Source of the DNA: a virus
DNA length: 64,000 nucleotides
Virus record (IMG/VR): IMGVR_UViG_3300042876_000282
Location: 23,238 to 87,237 of that record
Reading direction: 5' to 3' (one strand)
Shown one piece after another: positions 9,499 to 19,767 of the stretch (positions are counted from its first letter, which is position 1; each line of letters begins with the position of its first letter). Position numbers and translations under genes: made by a program. The notes under the pieces are model-generated. The model was not told the origin of the DNA. It saw only the letters and a list, made by a program, of their open reading frames with translations, and did not search any database.

Positions 9499-10055
9499 AA
9501 GTTCGGACCAAGAAACCCGCGGGCTGGACGCCGACACCGCGCGCGGTGCCTTCCACGATGCCGACGCCGGCGCGCGTACCATCGCCGAAGGTCGCGGACG
9601 CTCCGCGTGCATACCTCGCGGGCTTCCTCGCGGAACGTGCGAAGCCGAGCGGGGTGCGCGAACGAAAGAAGACGAGCGCGGAGGTCGCCGAAGCCGACGC
9701 GAAGCGTCGCGCGCAGACCGGCGAGTGGGAAGACGCGAAGCCGTCGACGCTCGTCGGTCTCTATTCGGTGTGTCATCGGATGGTCTACGGCGTTGCGCCG
9801 ATCGAGTTCGAGGACAACGCAGAATTCGCGAGTGCGACGCGCGCGGCGTCGGCGTTGCTCACGTCGCAGTTCGGCGGTGACGCGGTGGAGTTCGCGGCGT
9901 TCGTGCGCTGGGCATGGACGCGCGAGAAGAACCGCGCGAAGTGGGCGCGCGACAATGGGCGGGACATCAATCGGATGGTGTGGCGCTTCGTGTTCGCGCG
10001 CGCGAAGGTGGGGGACTACCGCGTCGACCTCGCGAATCGGGGGAGGCGTGCGTGA
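9495..10055 (+). CDS. Hypothetical protein (possible helicase loader/initiator by position)
   Basis: Directly upstream of and overlapping DnaB; function is inferred from position only. Confidence 0.5.
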   Translation: MKVRTKKPAGWTPTPRAVPSTMPTPARVPSPKVADAPRAYLAGFLAERAKPSGVRERKKTSAEVAEADAKRRAQTGEWEDAKPSTLVGLYSVCHRMVYGVAPIEFEDNAEFASATRAASALLTSQFGGDAVEFAAFVRWAWTREKNRAKWARDNGRDINRMVWRFVFARAKVGDYRVDLANRGRRA

Positions 10056-11494
10056 GCGAATCGAAGTCGAAGACGAAGGACGAGATCACCTACGACCCGA
10101 CGAACGAGCGGATCGTGATCGGGATGGCTCTCGCAGATCGGAAGCGACGAGACACGTTGACGCGTACGATCGCAGCGGACGAGTTCCTCGTGCCGCAACA
10201 TGCCGCGCTCTGGCGCGCTCTCCGCGTGATGACAGACAAGGGACTCGAACACGATCCCGCGGTGTTCCTTCGCATCGCGCTCGCGGAGTCTCCCGACCTC
10301 GACGCCGACTACACGAGCGGGCTTGAAGCACAAGCGACGATCCCGACCAACCCGGATTGGTACGTCGAGACGCTTCGATGGGATGCGACGCGCGCTCGCG
10401 TGATCAAGGGGCCAGCACCGGAGCTTATCAAAGACCTCCGCGATCCGAAGGCGACGCCGGAGAAGGTCGCGAGTGCAGCGCGCGCGGTGCTTCGTGCGAT
10501 CGAAGGCGGCGGCGGTCGGAGTTTCATTCGACGACCCGACGAACTCGCGCGCTCGTTCTCGGCGGAGATCGAAGCGCGCAAGGCTTCGGGCAACTTTTGG
10601 CCGACGGGCTTCGATGCGATGGACGCGAAGCTCGTCGAAGGCGCGATGCCGAAGCGAACCGCGGTCGTCGCGGGGCTTCCCGGATCTGGCAAGTCGACGT
10701 TCTCCGGAGACTTCGCGATCCGACTCGCGAAGGCCGGTCGTCGGCCGCTCGTCGGATGCTGGGAAATGGGCGCGGAGTCGACGCTCGACGTCATGGTTTC
10801 GGGCTTGCTCGGTCTCGAACTCGAACGCGTGGTCCAGGGCAACCTCACGAGCGACGAAGTCGCGCGCGTGAACAAGGCGACGCGCTGGATCACGCAGCGG
10901 GTCAAGTTCATGGAGAACGCTTTCTTCGGCGACGAGCTACGCCGCGGCGCGGGGAAGCGCTCGAACGATCGATCGCTCGACGTGCTCGAAGGCTACATCG
11001 CTGAGAGCGGATGCGACGTCGGGATTTGGGATCTCTGGGAGCGGTGTCTCGTCGATCTCTCGTATGACGGGGTCACGACCGCGCTCTATCGCCAGCAGGA
11101 AATGCACGCGCGTTACAATATCTATGGCGTGATCTGCCACCAGCTGAGACTCAAAGACGTCGAGAAGCGCGCGGACAAGCGACCGACGCGCGAAGCGATC
11201 AAGGGCACCGGCGCGTTCGTCGAGGTCGCGGATCAGATCTTCGGCGTCCATCGCGACGCGCAATTCAAGGCGGTACCGGACGACTCGCTCGAAATCATTT
11301 GCCTGAAACAGCGCAAGGGAAAGGCGAATTGGGCGGCGCGCTTCGAGTGGGATGGTGCTCGCGCGCAGATCACGGGAGGCGAGGAAGTGCCCTACGATCC
11401 GGGGTTGGAGTCGAGCACGCAGTTCGGAGGGGACATCGGCGACGTGAAGATCGAACGCTCGTCGCGAAAGAAGCCGAGTCGGAGGGACGGATGA
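10052..11494 (+). CDS. dnaB: Replicative helicase, DnaB-like
   Basis: PTGFDAMD, AGLPGSGKS, WEMG, HQL...E.R..KRP....IKGTGAF...AD, KQRKG. Confidence 0.9.
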   Translation: MSESKSKTKDEITYDPTNERIVIGMALADRKRRDTLTRTIAADEFLVPQHAALWRALRVMTDKGLEHDPAVFLRIALAESPDLDADYTSGLEAQATIPTNPDWYVETLRWDATRARVIKGPAPELIKDLRDPKATPEKVASAARAVLRAIEGGGGRSFIRRPDELARSFSAEIEARKASGNFWPTGFDAMDAKLVEGAMPKRTAVVAGLPGSGKSTFSGDFAIRLAKAGRRPLVGCWEMGAESTLDVMVSGLLGLELERVVQGNLTSDEVARVNKATRWITQRVKFMENAFFGDELRRGAGKRSNDRSLDVLEGYIAESGCDVGIWDLWERCLVDLSYDGVTTALYRQQEMHARYNIYGVICHQLRLKDVEKRADKRPTREAIKGTGAFVEVADQIFGVHRDAQFKAVPDDSLEIICLKQRKGKANWAARFEWDGARAQITGGEEVPYDPGLESSTQFGGDIGDVKIERSSRKKPSRRDG

Positions 11495-11694
11495 GCACGA
11501 TGGCGGAAGAGCAGCCGACGCGAGCGATCGCGAACGCGGTCGAACGAATCCGTGCCGCGGTTCGCGCTGCGAAGCCGTTGCTCGAAGACCCGCGCGACGT
11601 CGCGGTCTTGGAGTTCCTCGAAGAGACGATCGACGAAGAGGGCGCGATCATCGATCGCGCGTTGACGGCATGTCGCGCGACGTCGCACGCGTAG
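11491..11694 (+). CDS. Hypothetical protein
   Basis: Short coupled ORF with GGAGG RBS. Confidence 0.5.
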   Translation: MSTMAEEQPTRAIANAVERIRAAVRAAKPLLEDPRDVAVLEFLEETIDEEGAIIDRALTACRATSHA

Positions 11695-12629
11695 ACGTGT
11701 CGGAGCTACTCCGCGCGCTGGGCATCGAAGCGAAGCGCGACGGGAAGCGATGGGTCGCGAAGTGTCCGAACCCGGATCACGCGGACCGATCGCCGTCGTG
11801 GTCGATCGTCGACACCGGCTCGCACTACTGTTTCGCGTGCGGGTTGCAGGGTGGCCCGTGGGAACTCGTCGCGTCGGTGCGGTCGTGTTCGCTCGCGGAT
11901 GCTGGGAAGTGGATCGCGGCGAACGTCGGACGGCTCGACCTCGACGACGGGCTGCCGACGATTCGGATCGGAGAGCCGACGCGTGCGGAGTTCGCGCTTC
12001 CGTGGGGGGTGCAGATCCCGAGCGTGGACGGGAGCGAATGGTTTCGGCCGGCGCTCGACTACCTCGATCGACGCGGGGTCACGCGCGCGCAGATCGAACG
12101 ATGGCGCATCGGGTTCGCGATCTCGGGGCGGTGCGCGATGCGCGTCGTCGTGCCGGTGGTGACGCGTCGTCGCTTGCTCTCGTACGTCGCGCGCGCGTTC
12201 GTGAACGACGGTCGAGCGCGGTACGACACGCCGCCGCGAGACGAGCCCGGTGTGAATCCCGCGGCCGCGATCTTCGGCGAACCCGCGTTCGAGCCGCTCG
12301 ACGCGGAGGGAAGGCGCGGGACGGTGACGGTGACGGAGGGTGTCTTCAAGTCGCTCGCGATGGAACGCGCAGGCGCGCCGAACCCGTGCGCGATCCTCGG
12401 TGCGAAGAACATGGGGCCGGAGAAGATCGCAACGCTCGCGACGTTCCGACGAGTGCTCGTCGCGACCGATCCGGACTCCGCCGGTGACCGAGCCTTCGAC
12501 GCGCTCGCGGAATCTCTGGCGAGATACTCCGACGTCCGACGCGTACCGCTCGACCTCGCGCCGGATGATGCAGACGACGACACGAACCGCGCCGCATGGA
12601 TTGCAGCGGCGAGACGGAGGGTAAGATGA
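11670..12629 (+). CDS. DNA primase (CHC2-like zinc finger + TOPRIM)
   Basis: CPNPDH.DRSPS...YCFAC; YL.RRG; VTEGVF; ATDPDSAG. Confidence 0.85.
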   Translation: MSRDVARVDVSELLRALGIEAKRDGKRWVAKCPNPDHADRSPSWSIVDTGSHYCFACGLQGGPWELVASVRSCSLADAGKWIAANVGRLDLDDGLPTIRIGEPTRAEFALPWGVQIPSVDGSEWFRPALDYLDRRGVTRAQIERWRIGFAISGRCAMRVVVPVVTRRRLLSYVARAFVNDGRARYDTPPRDEPGVNPAAAIFGEPAFEPLDAEGRRGTVTVTEGVFKSLAMERAGAPNPCAILGAKNMGPEKIATLATFRRVLVATDPDSAGDRAFDALAESLARYSDVRRVPLDLAPDDADDDTNRAAWIAAARRRVR

Positions 12630-13018
12630 CGGCTCCGACTGGAAGACCGAAGGGAAGACCGAAGGGCGCGAAGACCGCGGCTCACGCGTACGCGTTCCGC
12701 AAGCTCGCGAAGCTCGCGCCGAACTCCGCGCGCGAGCGACTACGTCGCGCGATCATCGTCACGGGTGGGAGCTACATCGCGACCGCGGTGGTGATCGGCT
12801 ACTCGCCGGCGTCGACGAAAGAGATCCAGCGCTGGATCGCGAAGTGGAACCTCGAAGACGAGGTCCGCGAAGCGAAGCGACGGGGCGCGACTCGGAACCG
12901 CGCCGGCAAGCTCACGAACAAGTCGAGCGCGATCCGCAAGACCAACGCGTCGATCGTGCGCGACGCGAAGCGCAAGCTCGAAAAGCTCGCGAAAATCCGG
13001 GAGCTTTTGCAGACGTGA
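12626..13018 (+). CDS. Basic HTH-like DNA-binding protein
   Basis: GRPKGRPKG AT-hook-like N-terminus and Fis-like 'GGSY..TA..IG' segment. Confidence 0.45.
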   Translation: MTAPTGRPKGRPKGAKTAAHAYAFRKLAKLAPNSARERLRRAIIVTGGSYIATAVVIGYSPASTKEIQRWIAKWNLEDEVREAKRRGATRNRAGKLTNKSSAIRKTNASIVRDAKRKLEKLAKIRELLQT

Positions 13019-13028
13019 CGATTCCCCC

Positions 13029-13100
13029 TTGCACGGTTCCGCGGCTCGTGTATATCTAGGCTCACCAACGGGGCTCGCCCCGAGAAAGAGAAGAACTCCG
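13029..13100 (+). promoter_or_regulatory. Repeated promoter-hairpin-RBS cassette
   Basis: TTGCAC..GTATATCTAG..CGGGGCTCGCCCCG-AGAAAGAGAAG before ATG 13101. Confidence 0.8.
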
Positions 13101-15071
13101 ATGACGAAGAACCTCACGCAGACGATCGCGACCCTGAACCCCGAGCAGCGCGACGTCGTCGAGCACGTTCGCGGGCCGATCATCGTCGGCGCCGTTGCCG
13201 GTGCGGGGAAGACGACCGCGCTCGTCGCGCGCATCGCGAACCTCGTCGAGAACCACGGGGTCGACCCGCGGCGGATCCTCGCGGTGACGTTCAGCGCGAA
13301 GGCGGCGGGTGAGATGAACGAGCGGCTCCGCGCGATGATCGGCGAGAGCGACGCGCGGGTCGGTACCTTTCACTCGCTCGCGAATCAGATCGTGCGCGAA
13401 GAGAAGCTGGCGCCCGGCTACCGGCTCGACGAGCGCGACCGCTACCGCACGCTGATCAAGGACGCGCTCGGCTTCCGCGGCATGAAGTGGGATAGCGCCG
13501 ACCTCACGACGGTCTCGGCGTACATCGGACGGGCGAAGGCTTCGTGCGCGCTTCCCGGTACGCCGGAGGCTCTCGCAGTCGCGCGCAAGTTCTACGACGT
13601 GAACCCGTGCGGGCAGCGCTCGCCGGAGCTTCTCGCGGAGGCATACGCGCGGACCGAGGTCGCGCGCCGCGAGACGATGCTGATGACGTTCGACGACATG
13701 CTCCTCGACGCGTGGCACGCGCTCGCGACGAACGAGAGCACGCGTGCGCGCTGGGCGTCGCGCTGGGATTTCGTCATGCAGGACGAGTGTCAAGACGAGA
13801 ACTTGGTTCAGCGCGAGATCGCTTCGATGCTCGCTCGCGACCATCGGAACTACATGGTGGTCGGCGACCCCGCACAAGCGATCTACGGCTTCCGCGGCTC
13901 CGACCCGAGCGGGCTTCTCGCGTTCGCGTCGACGTGGGGCGCGCGGGTGGTCTACATGCACCGGAACTACCGCTGCGGCGACGCGATCGCGAGCGCTGCG
14001 AACGGCGTGCTCGGTGCGATGGCTCCGACTGCGAAGCTCGACATGTCGATCACGGCGGAGCGCGGCGTCGCCGGTGACGTGGTCGCGACTCGCTTCGTCG
14101 ACATGGACGCGGAAGCCGGTGGCGTCGTCGCGGAGATCCTCGCACGCGGTACGGACGGCGCGAAGTGGTCGAGCATGGCCGCGCTCTACCGCACGAACGC
14201 GCAGAGTCGCGCGCTCGAAGAGGCGCTGCTGTCGAACCGGATCCCGTACGTGGTGATCGGCGGGACCAACTTCTACGACCGGAAGGAAATCAAGGATCTT
14301 CTCGGCTACCTCCGGATCGCGAGCGGTCGCGGCGAGTTCGACGACGTGCGCCGGTGCATCAACGCCCCGTTCCGCTTCCTCGGAAAAGCCTTCGTCGAGA
14401 AGGTGGATTCGATGCACGTCGAGTCGAATACGTGGACCGACACGGTTCGTCGTACCGCGGCGACCGGCGGCTTGCAGTCGCGGCAGCGCACGAGCGCGCT
14501 CGAATGGTGCACGCTCGTCGACGTGCTCGCGAAGCGCATCGCGGCCGGCGGCGACGATGCGAAGCCCGCGGCGCTGATCGAAGAGGTGCTCTCGGAGACC
14601 GACTTCGTCCGGTGGATCACGCGTGACGAGGGCACCGAGAGCCCCGAGAACTCGCGGGTCTCGAACATTCGCGAACTCGTTCGAGCGTCGGAGCGCTTCG
14701 TCACGGTCGACGATCTTCTCGACTACGTCGACGAGCAGATCGAGGCGAGCAAGCGAGCGAAGGTCGGGCAGGATGCGAACCGCGTGACCCTCATGTCGAT
14801 CCATCGCTCGAAGGGGCTCGAATGGTCGACGGTGTTCGTCATCGGCGCGAACGAGAAGATCCTCCCGCACGCGCGTTGCGAAGACGTCGAGGAAGAGCGG
14901 CGGCTCGCGTACGTCGCCTTCACGCGTGCGCGTGACGTTCTCCGCGTCTCGTGCGTGGCGAACGCTGCGATCGGCCCGAAGGTCGTCACGCTCTCGCCGT
15001 CGCGGTTCGTGGTCGAGGCCGGGCTGCAGGTCGTCAACGCGGCGTGCGCAGCGCTCGAAGCCGCGGAGTGA
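13101..15071 (+). CDS. UvrD/PcrA SF1 helicase
   Basis: LNPEQ, AVAGAGKT, VTFS.KAA.EM, QDECQD, VGDPAQAIYGFRG, NYR, H.SKGLEW, EEERRLAYVAFTRA. Confidence 0.95.
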   Translation: MTKNLTQTIATLNPEQRDVVEHVRGPIIVGAVAGAGKTTALVARIANLVENHGVDPRRILAVTFSAKAAGEMNERLRAMIGESDARVGTFHSLANQIVREEKLAPGYRLDERDRYRTLIKDALGFRGMKWDSADLTTVSAYIGRAKASCALPGTPEALAVARKFYDVNPCGQRSPELLAEAYARTEVARRETMLMTFDDMLLDAWHALATNESTRARWASRWDFVMQDECQDENLVQREIASMLARDHRNYMVVGDPAQAIYGFRGSDPSGLLAFASTWGARVVYMHRNYRCGDAIASAANGVLGAMAPTAKLDMSITAERGVAGDVVATRFVDMDAEAGGVVAEILARGTDGAKWSSMAALYRTNAQSRALEEALLSNRIPYVVIGGTNFYDRKEIKDLLGYLRIASGRGEFDDVRRCINAPFRFLGKAFVEKVDSMHVESNTWTDTVRRTAATGGLQSRQRTSALEWCTLVDVLAKRIAAGGDDAKPAALIEEVLSETDFVRWITRDEGTESPENSRVSNIRELVRASERFVTVDDLLDYVDEQIEASKRAKVGQDANRVTLMSIHRSKGLEWSTVFVIGANEKILPHARCEDVEEERRLAYVAFTRARDVLRVSCVANAAIGPKVVTLSPSRFVVEAGLQVVNAACAALEAAE

Positions 15072-15088
15072 AACTCGCGCGGGGGCTC

Positions 15089-15161
15089 TTGCGAAGGTGC
15101 TCCCGCGCATCGTAGGTTCTGCACCCCAAACGACACGGGCTAGCCCGAGAAGGATCACGAC
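15089..15161 (+). promoter_or_regulatory. Variant cassette promoter (no GTATATCTA box)
   Basis: TTGCGA..TAGGTT then hairpin CGGGCTAGCCCG-AGAAGGA before the sigma-like gene. Confidence 0.55.
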
Positions 15162-15737
15162 ATGGCGAAGTTCAGGCAAGCACGCTCGACGTTCCTCGCG
15201 TACCGCGAAGGGCGAGCGACGTTCGATGATGTCTACCGCGTGGTCGCGGAAGACGTGGCAGCGATCGCGGCGTACTTCGGCAAGCGCTGGCGGTGTCGCC
15301 TTCACGCTTCCGCCGACATCCGGCAAGAGATCACGATCGCGATCTGGCGCGCGCTCGACGAATGGGATCCGACGCGCGGCGTCGAGATCGATGCCTACGT
15401 CTACTTCCAGGTCGGGCGCTACGCAGAGAAGCGGCTGGCGAAGGCCGCGGGCTGGCCGCGCAAGGGACGCCGTCCGCCGGCGCGCGCCGTCACCTACGCG
15501 GACACGTACGAGCCCGGCGCGCCGGCTACGCAGGAAGCGACGGTCTCTCTTCGGCTCGCGCTCGAATCCGATCCGTGGTTCGCGCGTGCCGCGGTGTTCA
15601 TGGTCGAGACCGACGGGAATCTTCGCGGTGCAGCGCGCAACGCGTCGACGTCGTCGGATGATAGGTCGTGGGAGTTCGAGCGCGCATACCGCGCGGCGGC
15701 TCGCCGGCTCCAAGGTGAAGTGCTCGAAGCGAGGTAA
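15162..15737 (+). CDS. Sigma-70 region-2-like factor
   Basis: 'DIRQE..IAIWRALDEWDPTRG.....YVY' matches sigma region 2 (D..QE....LW.A...FDP.RG..F.TY). Confidence 0.7.
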   Translation: MAKFRQARSTFLAYREGRATFDDVYRVVAEDVAAIAAYFGKRWRCRLHASADIRQEITIAIWRALDEWDPTRGVEIDAYVYFQVGRYAEKRLAKAAGWPRKGRRPPARAVTYADTYEPGAPATQEATVSLRLALESDPWFARAAVFMVETDGNLRGAARNASTSSDDRSWEFERAYRAAARRLQGEVLEAR

Positions 15738-15740
15738 ATC

Positions 15741-16982
15741 ATGGTCGAGAAGAAGGCAGGGGCGACGAAGAAGAAGACCGGCAGCGCATCGGCGGACGAC
15801 GCCGCGATCACGCTCGCCAACGGGCAGCGCGCGAACGAAGCCGCGGTCGATGACGGGCTGGCGTGCTACGGGCTCGACCCGTCCGGCGATCTCCCCTCGA
15901 AGCTCGCGCGGCTCCGCGCGCACCTCGCGGACGAGCTACTCCCGACGATTCCGGTCGACGAGCACGTCCGGTGCGAGGTGTGCGGCGAGGTCGGGACCGA
16001 CGACACGAGCGCGTGTCCGTTCTGCGGCGACGCGGGGGTCGACGAGGATACCCCCGCGGCGGCTCCCGAAGAGCCCGAGAAGGCGCCCGAGCCGGTTCCC
16101 GAGCCCGAGCCCGCGGTGAAGCCCGAGAAGGGCAAGAAGGGCAAGCCCGCGCCGGCGGAGACCGAGACGAAGACGAAGCCCGAGAAGGGCAAGAAGGGCA
16201 AGCCCGCGCCGGTGGACGAGCCCGCGCCGGCGGTGTCTTCGTCGGAGACACCGGGCGAGCCCGAGGTCTCCGGGGGCGCGATGGTGGCGAGCGCTTCCGA
16301 GGTGGCGGAAGGGATGGCGGCGAAGGTCGCGGACCTCGACGCAGCGGTCGCGCGGATCGCCGCGCTCGCGGCGAACGCGGTCGCGAACTACTACGACCTC
16401 GGGATCGAGATCGCGCGGGTGCATCGCGACGAACTCTGGAAGGCGCGCGGGCATGCGTCGTTCAAGGCGTGGATCGAGACCGAACTCCCGATCGCGCGCT
16501 CGACGTGCTACCGGCTGATCGAGGTCGTCGGGCAGTTCGACCGCGACACCTACGCGCGGGTCGGACTGCACAAGCTCGCGCTGATCGCGGGTGGCGAAGA
16601 CGACGACGCGCGCGCGACGGCGCTCGAAGCTGCGAAGGCTGGCGCGAGTGCTCGCGACGTTCAGCGGATCGCGGCGGGTGACGTGGAGCCGGAGACCGAG
16701 AAGCCCGCGCGCGCGAAGCCGGAGCGCGAGAAGACCGAGCGTGAGAAGCCGAAGCGCGAGGGCAAGATCTCGCTGGTGGTGAAGGTCGACGGCGACCCGA
16801 AGACGTACGGCTGGAAGAGTGCGAAGAACGGCAAGGCGATCAAGGTGCACGCGCCGGACTCGTACGTCGAGATCCCGATCGCCGACGGCGTGGTCCAGCG
16901 CATCGGGCTCAAGCTCGACGGCGAGAAGATCATCGGCGCGACGGTGGCGTTCGTGCGCATCGCGGAGCCCGACGAAGGATGA
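15741..16982 (+). CDS. Zn-ribbon / HTH-containing protein
   Basis: CEVC..CPFC, Pro/Lys linker with KPEKGKKGKPAP x2, 'LWK.RGH.SF.AW...L.I.RST.YRLI' HTH-like segment. Confidence 0.6.
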   Translation: MVEKKAGATKKKTGSASADDAAITLANGQRANEAAVDDGLACYGLDPSGDLPSKLARLRAHLADELLPTIPVDEHVRCEVCGEVGTDDTSACPFCGDAGVDEDTPAAAPEEPEKAPEPVPEPEPAVKPEKGKKGKPAPAETETKTKPEKGKKGKPAPVDEPAPAVSSSETPGEPEVSGGAMVASASEVAEGMAAKVADLDAAVARIAALAANAVANYYDLGIEIARVHRDELWKARGHASFKAWIETELPIARSTCYRLIEVVGQFDRDTYARVGLHKLALIAGGEDDDARATALEAAKAGASARDVQRIAAGDVEPETEKPARAKPEREKTEREKPKREGKISLVVKVDGDPKTYGWKSAKNGKAIKVHAPDSYVEIPIADGVVQRIGLKLDGEKIIGATVAFVRIAEPDEG

Positions 16983-17203
16983 TGCGACCCGGTGGGTCGG
17001 TCTATCCCCCGGCGGTTCGAGCGGGTCTCGAACGTCGGGGGCTTCCTGTAGACGGCGACGTCGAGGAAGCGGTCGCGCGCTTGCGTGTGGAGATCGCGAG
17101 GTCGCGACGCGGAGAACGCACCGGGCGATTGTGTCTCGTGTGCTTCGAGGTCTCGGACATCGTCGTCGATAGTTCGTGTCCGTTCTGCGGTGCGGAGTTC
17201 TGA
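16979..17203 (+). CDS. Small Zn-ribbon protein
   Basis: CLVC...CPFCG; resembles the N-terminal part of the previous gene. Confidence 0.55.
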   Translation: MMRPGGSVYPPAVRAGLERRGLPVDGDVEEAVARLRVEIARSRRGERTGRLCLVCFEVSDIVVDSSCPFCGAEF

Positions 17204-17212
17204 GGGGGTCGC

Positions 17213-19750
17213 ATGGAGATCGTGAGCGGGTGGAGCGACGATCGTTTCGTCTACTTCGTCGAGCGCATCGGCGAAGACGTGAGGGTTCGTCGCACGCGCG
17301 CGAAGTGGTCGGCGTTCTTCGTCGGACTCGACGACGCAGATCGGAAGACGTTGCAGCGCTCGCGCGAAGTCGAGGGGCTCTCGGTCGAAGGGAAGTACAC
17401 TCGCGTCGACTTCGCATCGAAGTGGGCACGGCTCGAAGCGGTGCGCCGAATCGGTGAGGTGTTCCGAGGCGCGAGCATGGCTCGCGATGCCCCCGAACTC
17501 GCGATCCTCGAAGCGGACGTCGGCCCGCTGCGACGTGCTCTCACGGACCACGGTACGATCCAGGTCTCCGCGAACCCGCGCATGGGATGGTTCGATCTCG
17601 AAACCGATTCGCGAAAGAGCTTCAACGATGCACGCGACGGCAAGGCGCGGATCTTGTCGTGGGCGCTCGTCGACGATCGCGGTCGAGAGATCGTCGAGGT
17701 GCTCGACGAAGACACCGATGCAGCGGAGCGCGCGCTCGTCGGTCGGTTCTTCGATGCGGTTCGAGATCTGGACGTGCTTCTCGCGTGGAACGGCGACGGC
17801 TTCGACTTCCCGGTGTTGGAGAACCGATCGAACTTCCTCCGCGTGCGTCACGCGAACGGTCGACCCCCGATCTGGAATCGGTGGTGTTGGCTCGACGCGA
17901 TGCAGGTCTTCAAGAAGTACAATCAGGCGCACGACTCCGGCGAAGAGCGCGCATCGTTCAGCTTGAACGCGATCGCGAACCACGTTCTCGGGGAAGGCAA
18001 AGACGCGTTCGATGCGTCGAAGACGTGGGAGGCGTGGGTCGCCGGCGGCGAAGAGCGCGAACGACTCGTGCGATACAACCTCCGCGACACGACGCTTCTT
18101 CCGCGCATCGAAGCGAAGACCGGATTCGTCGCGCTGCACATGGCGGTCTGCCGTGTCACGCGATGCGTTCCGGATTCGGCGTCGCTCGGTGCAGCGCAAC
18201 AGGGCGACGGGTTCCTGCTACGACTCGGCGCGGAGCGCGGCTACCGCTTCGCGTCGAAGGTGTTCCGCGATGGTGCGGAGGGCTTCGAGAAGTTCGCGGG
18301 CGCGTACGTCATGGAACCGCGCAAGCTCGGCGTGATCGACGGCGTGCATGTCTGCGACTTCGCGGGGCTGTACCCATCGATCATGCGGTCGTGGAACATG
18401 TCACCCGACACGCTCGCGGGTAGGTTCGAGGCGAAGTCGGGCGCGGTGCAGACGTGCAAGCTACCGGACCGGGACGTGTACTTCCGGACCGACTTCCGCG
18501 GAGTGATCCCGCTCGCGCTCGATCAACTCGTGGCGCAGCGCGCGGAGTACACGAAGCGCGCGGATGCAGCGGAGCCGGGTTCGGAAGAATGGGATCGGTT
18601 CAAGCGGCTATCGAGCGCGTTCAAGATCGTGGCGAACTCGTTCTACGGGATCGTGGGCTCGCCGTTCACGCGGTTCTTCGATCGCACGATCGCGGAGGGC
18701 GTCACGCAGACCGGCGCGTGGTTGATCAAACACGTTGCTCGCACGAGCGAAGCCGCGGGGCTGGCGCCGTTCTACGGCGACACGGACTCGGTCTTCGTCG
18801 AGGGCGATCGCGAGGTGTTCGCGCGCGTGGTCGCGACGTTGAACGAGGGCTGGCCGGCAACGCTCGCAGACATGGGGTGCACCGAGTCGCGGATCAAGCT
18901 CGAATACGAGAAGTCGTTTCGACGGCTCGTCATGGTGAGCGCGAAGCGCTACGCGGGGAAGTTCGCGATCTACAAGGGGAAGAACGCGCCCGACGACATG
19001 AAGCCCGAGGTCAAGGGCTTGGAGTACAAGCGCGGCGATGCGATCCGACTCGCGCGCGAAATGCAGGCGGAGGCGATCGCGATGCTCCTACGCCCGGAGA
19101 TCCCCGACGTCGAAGAGTTTCGAGCGTTCGTCGACGCGTGGCGCTCGCGCGTGCTCGTCGGCGATCTCTCGCGTGAAGACCTCGTGCTCTCGCAGTCGGT
19201 GAAGGGGCTCGACGAATACGCGGACCGATTCACGACCGCGGAGTGCGGCGCGAAGATCGGGAAGGGGAAGAGCGCGACGAAGTGCGGGTACGTCTTCCGC
19301 GAAGGGACCACGCGCACGAAGCGCGCAGAGACCGAGTGCCCACAATGCGGGACGCCGCGCAAGGTCTCGACGCTCCCCGCGCACGTTCGGGTCGCGAAGA
19401 TTCTCGCGGCGCGTGGCGAGGCGATCGTCGAAGGCTCGCGGGTCTCGTACTTCGTCGTGACCCCCGGTCCCGAGGATGACGCCGGCGGGAACTTGCTCGC
19501 GCTCCCCGCGGATGATCCAGGCGCGTTCGAGCGCGTCGACCGCGGCTACTACTGGGATTCTCGCGTCTACCCCCCGACGCGTCGATTGCTCGACATCGTC
19601 TATCCAGGGCGCGATTGGGAAGCGCTGGCGGTGCCGAAGCCGCCGAAGCCGCCGAAGGTCGAACCCTCGCCCGATGCACCGAGGAAGGCGACGCGGAAAC
19701 GGAAGACGACCGCCGATGTTCTTCCGCTCTTCGGTGACGACGTCGGATGA
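17213..19750 (+). CDS. DNA polymerase family B
   Basis: Exo FDLET / WNG.GFD / YN..D; pol DFAGLYPSI, K..ANSFYG, YGDTDS, KRY, KGLE. Confidence 0.95.
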   Translation: MEIVSGWSDDRFVYFVERIGEDVRVRRTRAKWSAFFVGLDDADRKTLQRSREVEGLSVEGKYTRVDFASKWARLEAVRRIGEVFRGASMARDAPELAILEADVGPLRRALTDHGTIQVSANPRMGWFDLETDSRKSFNDARDGKARILSWALVDDRGREIVEVLDEDTDAAERALVGRFFDAVRDLDVLLAWNGDGFDFPVLENRSNFLRVRHANGRPPIWNRWCWLDAMQVFKKYNQAHDSGEERASFSLNAIANHVLGEGKDAFDASKTWEAWVAGGEERERLVRYNLRDTTLLPRIEAKTGFVALHMAVCRVTRCVPDSASLGAAQQGDGFLLRLGAERGYRFASKVFRDGAEGFEKFAGAYVMEPRKLGVIDGVHVCDFAGLYPSIMRSWNMSPDTLAGRFEAKSGAVQTCKLPDRDVYFRTDFRGVIPLALDQLVAQRAEYTKRADAAEPGSEEWDRFKRLSSAFKIVANSFYGIVGSPFTRFFDRTIAEGVTQTGAWLIKHVARTSEAAGLAPFYGDTDSVFVEGDREVFARVVATLNEGWPATLADMGCTESRIKLEYEKSFRRLVMVSAKRYAGKFAIYKGKNAPDDMKPEVKGLEYKRGDAIRLAREMQAEAIAMLLRPEIPDVEEFRAFVDAWRSRVLVGDLSREDLVLSQSVKGLDEYADRFTTAECGAKIGKGKSATKCGYVFREGTTRTKRAETECPQCGTPRKVSTLPAHVRVAKILAARGEAIVEGSRVSYFVVTPGPEDDAGGNLLALPADDPGAFERVDRGYYWDSRVYPPTRRLLDIVYPGRDWEALAVPKPPKPPKVEPSPDAPRKATRKRKTTADVLPLFGDDVG

Positions 19751-19767
19751 TGGGGACGAGGTGAACG

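Noticed and set aside
13062-15923. 953-aa minus-strand ORF (also 26206-27924, 37512-39704, 1137-3215 and similar)
   Set aside because: Antisense shadows of clear plus-strand genes in high-GC DNA; Arg-rich with no recognisable motifs.
17213-19750. Intein in PolB (also DnaB, TerL)
   Set aside because: No C/S...HN splice motifs or LAGLIDADG blocks; the only insert is a short Zn ribbon.
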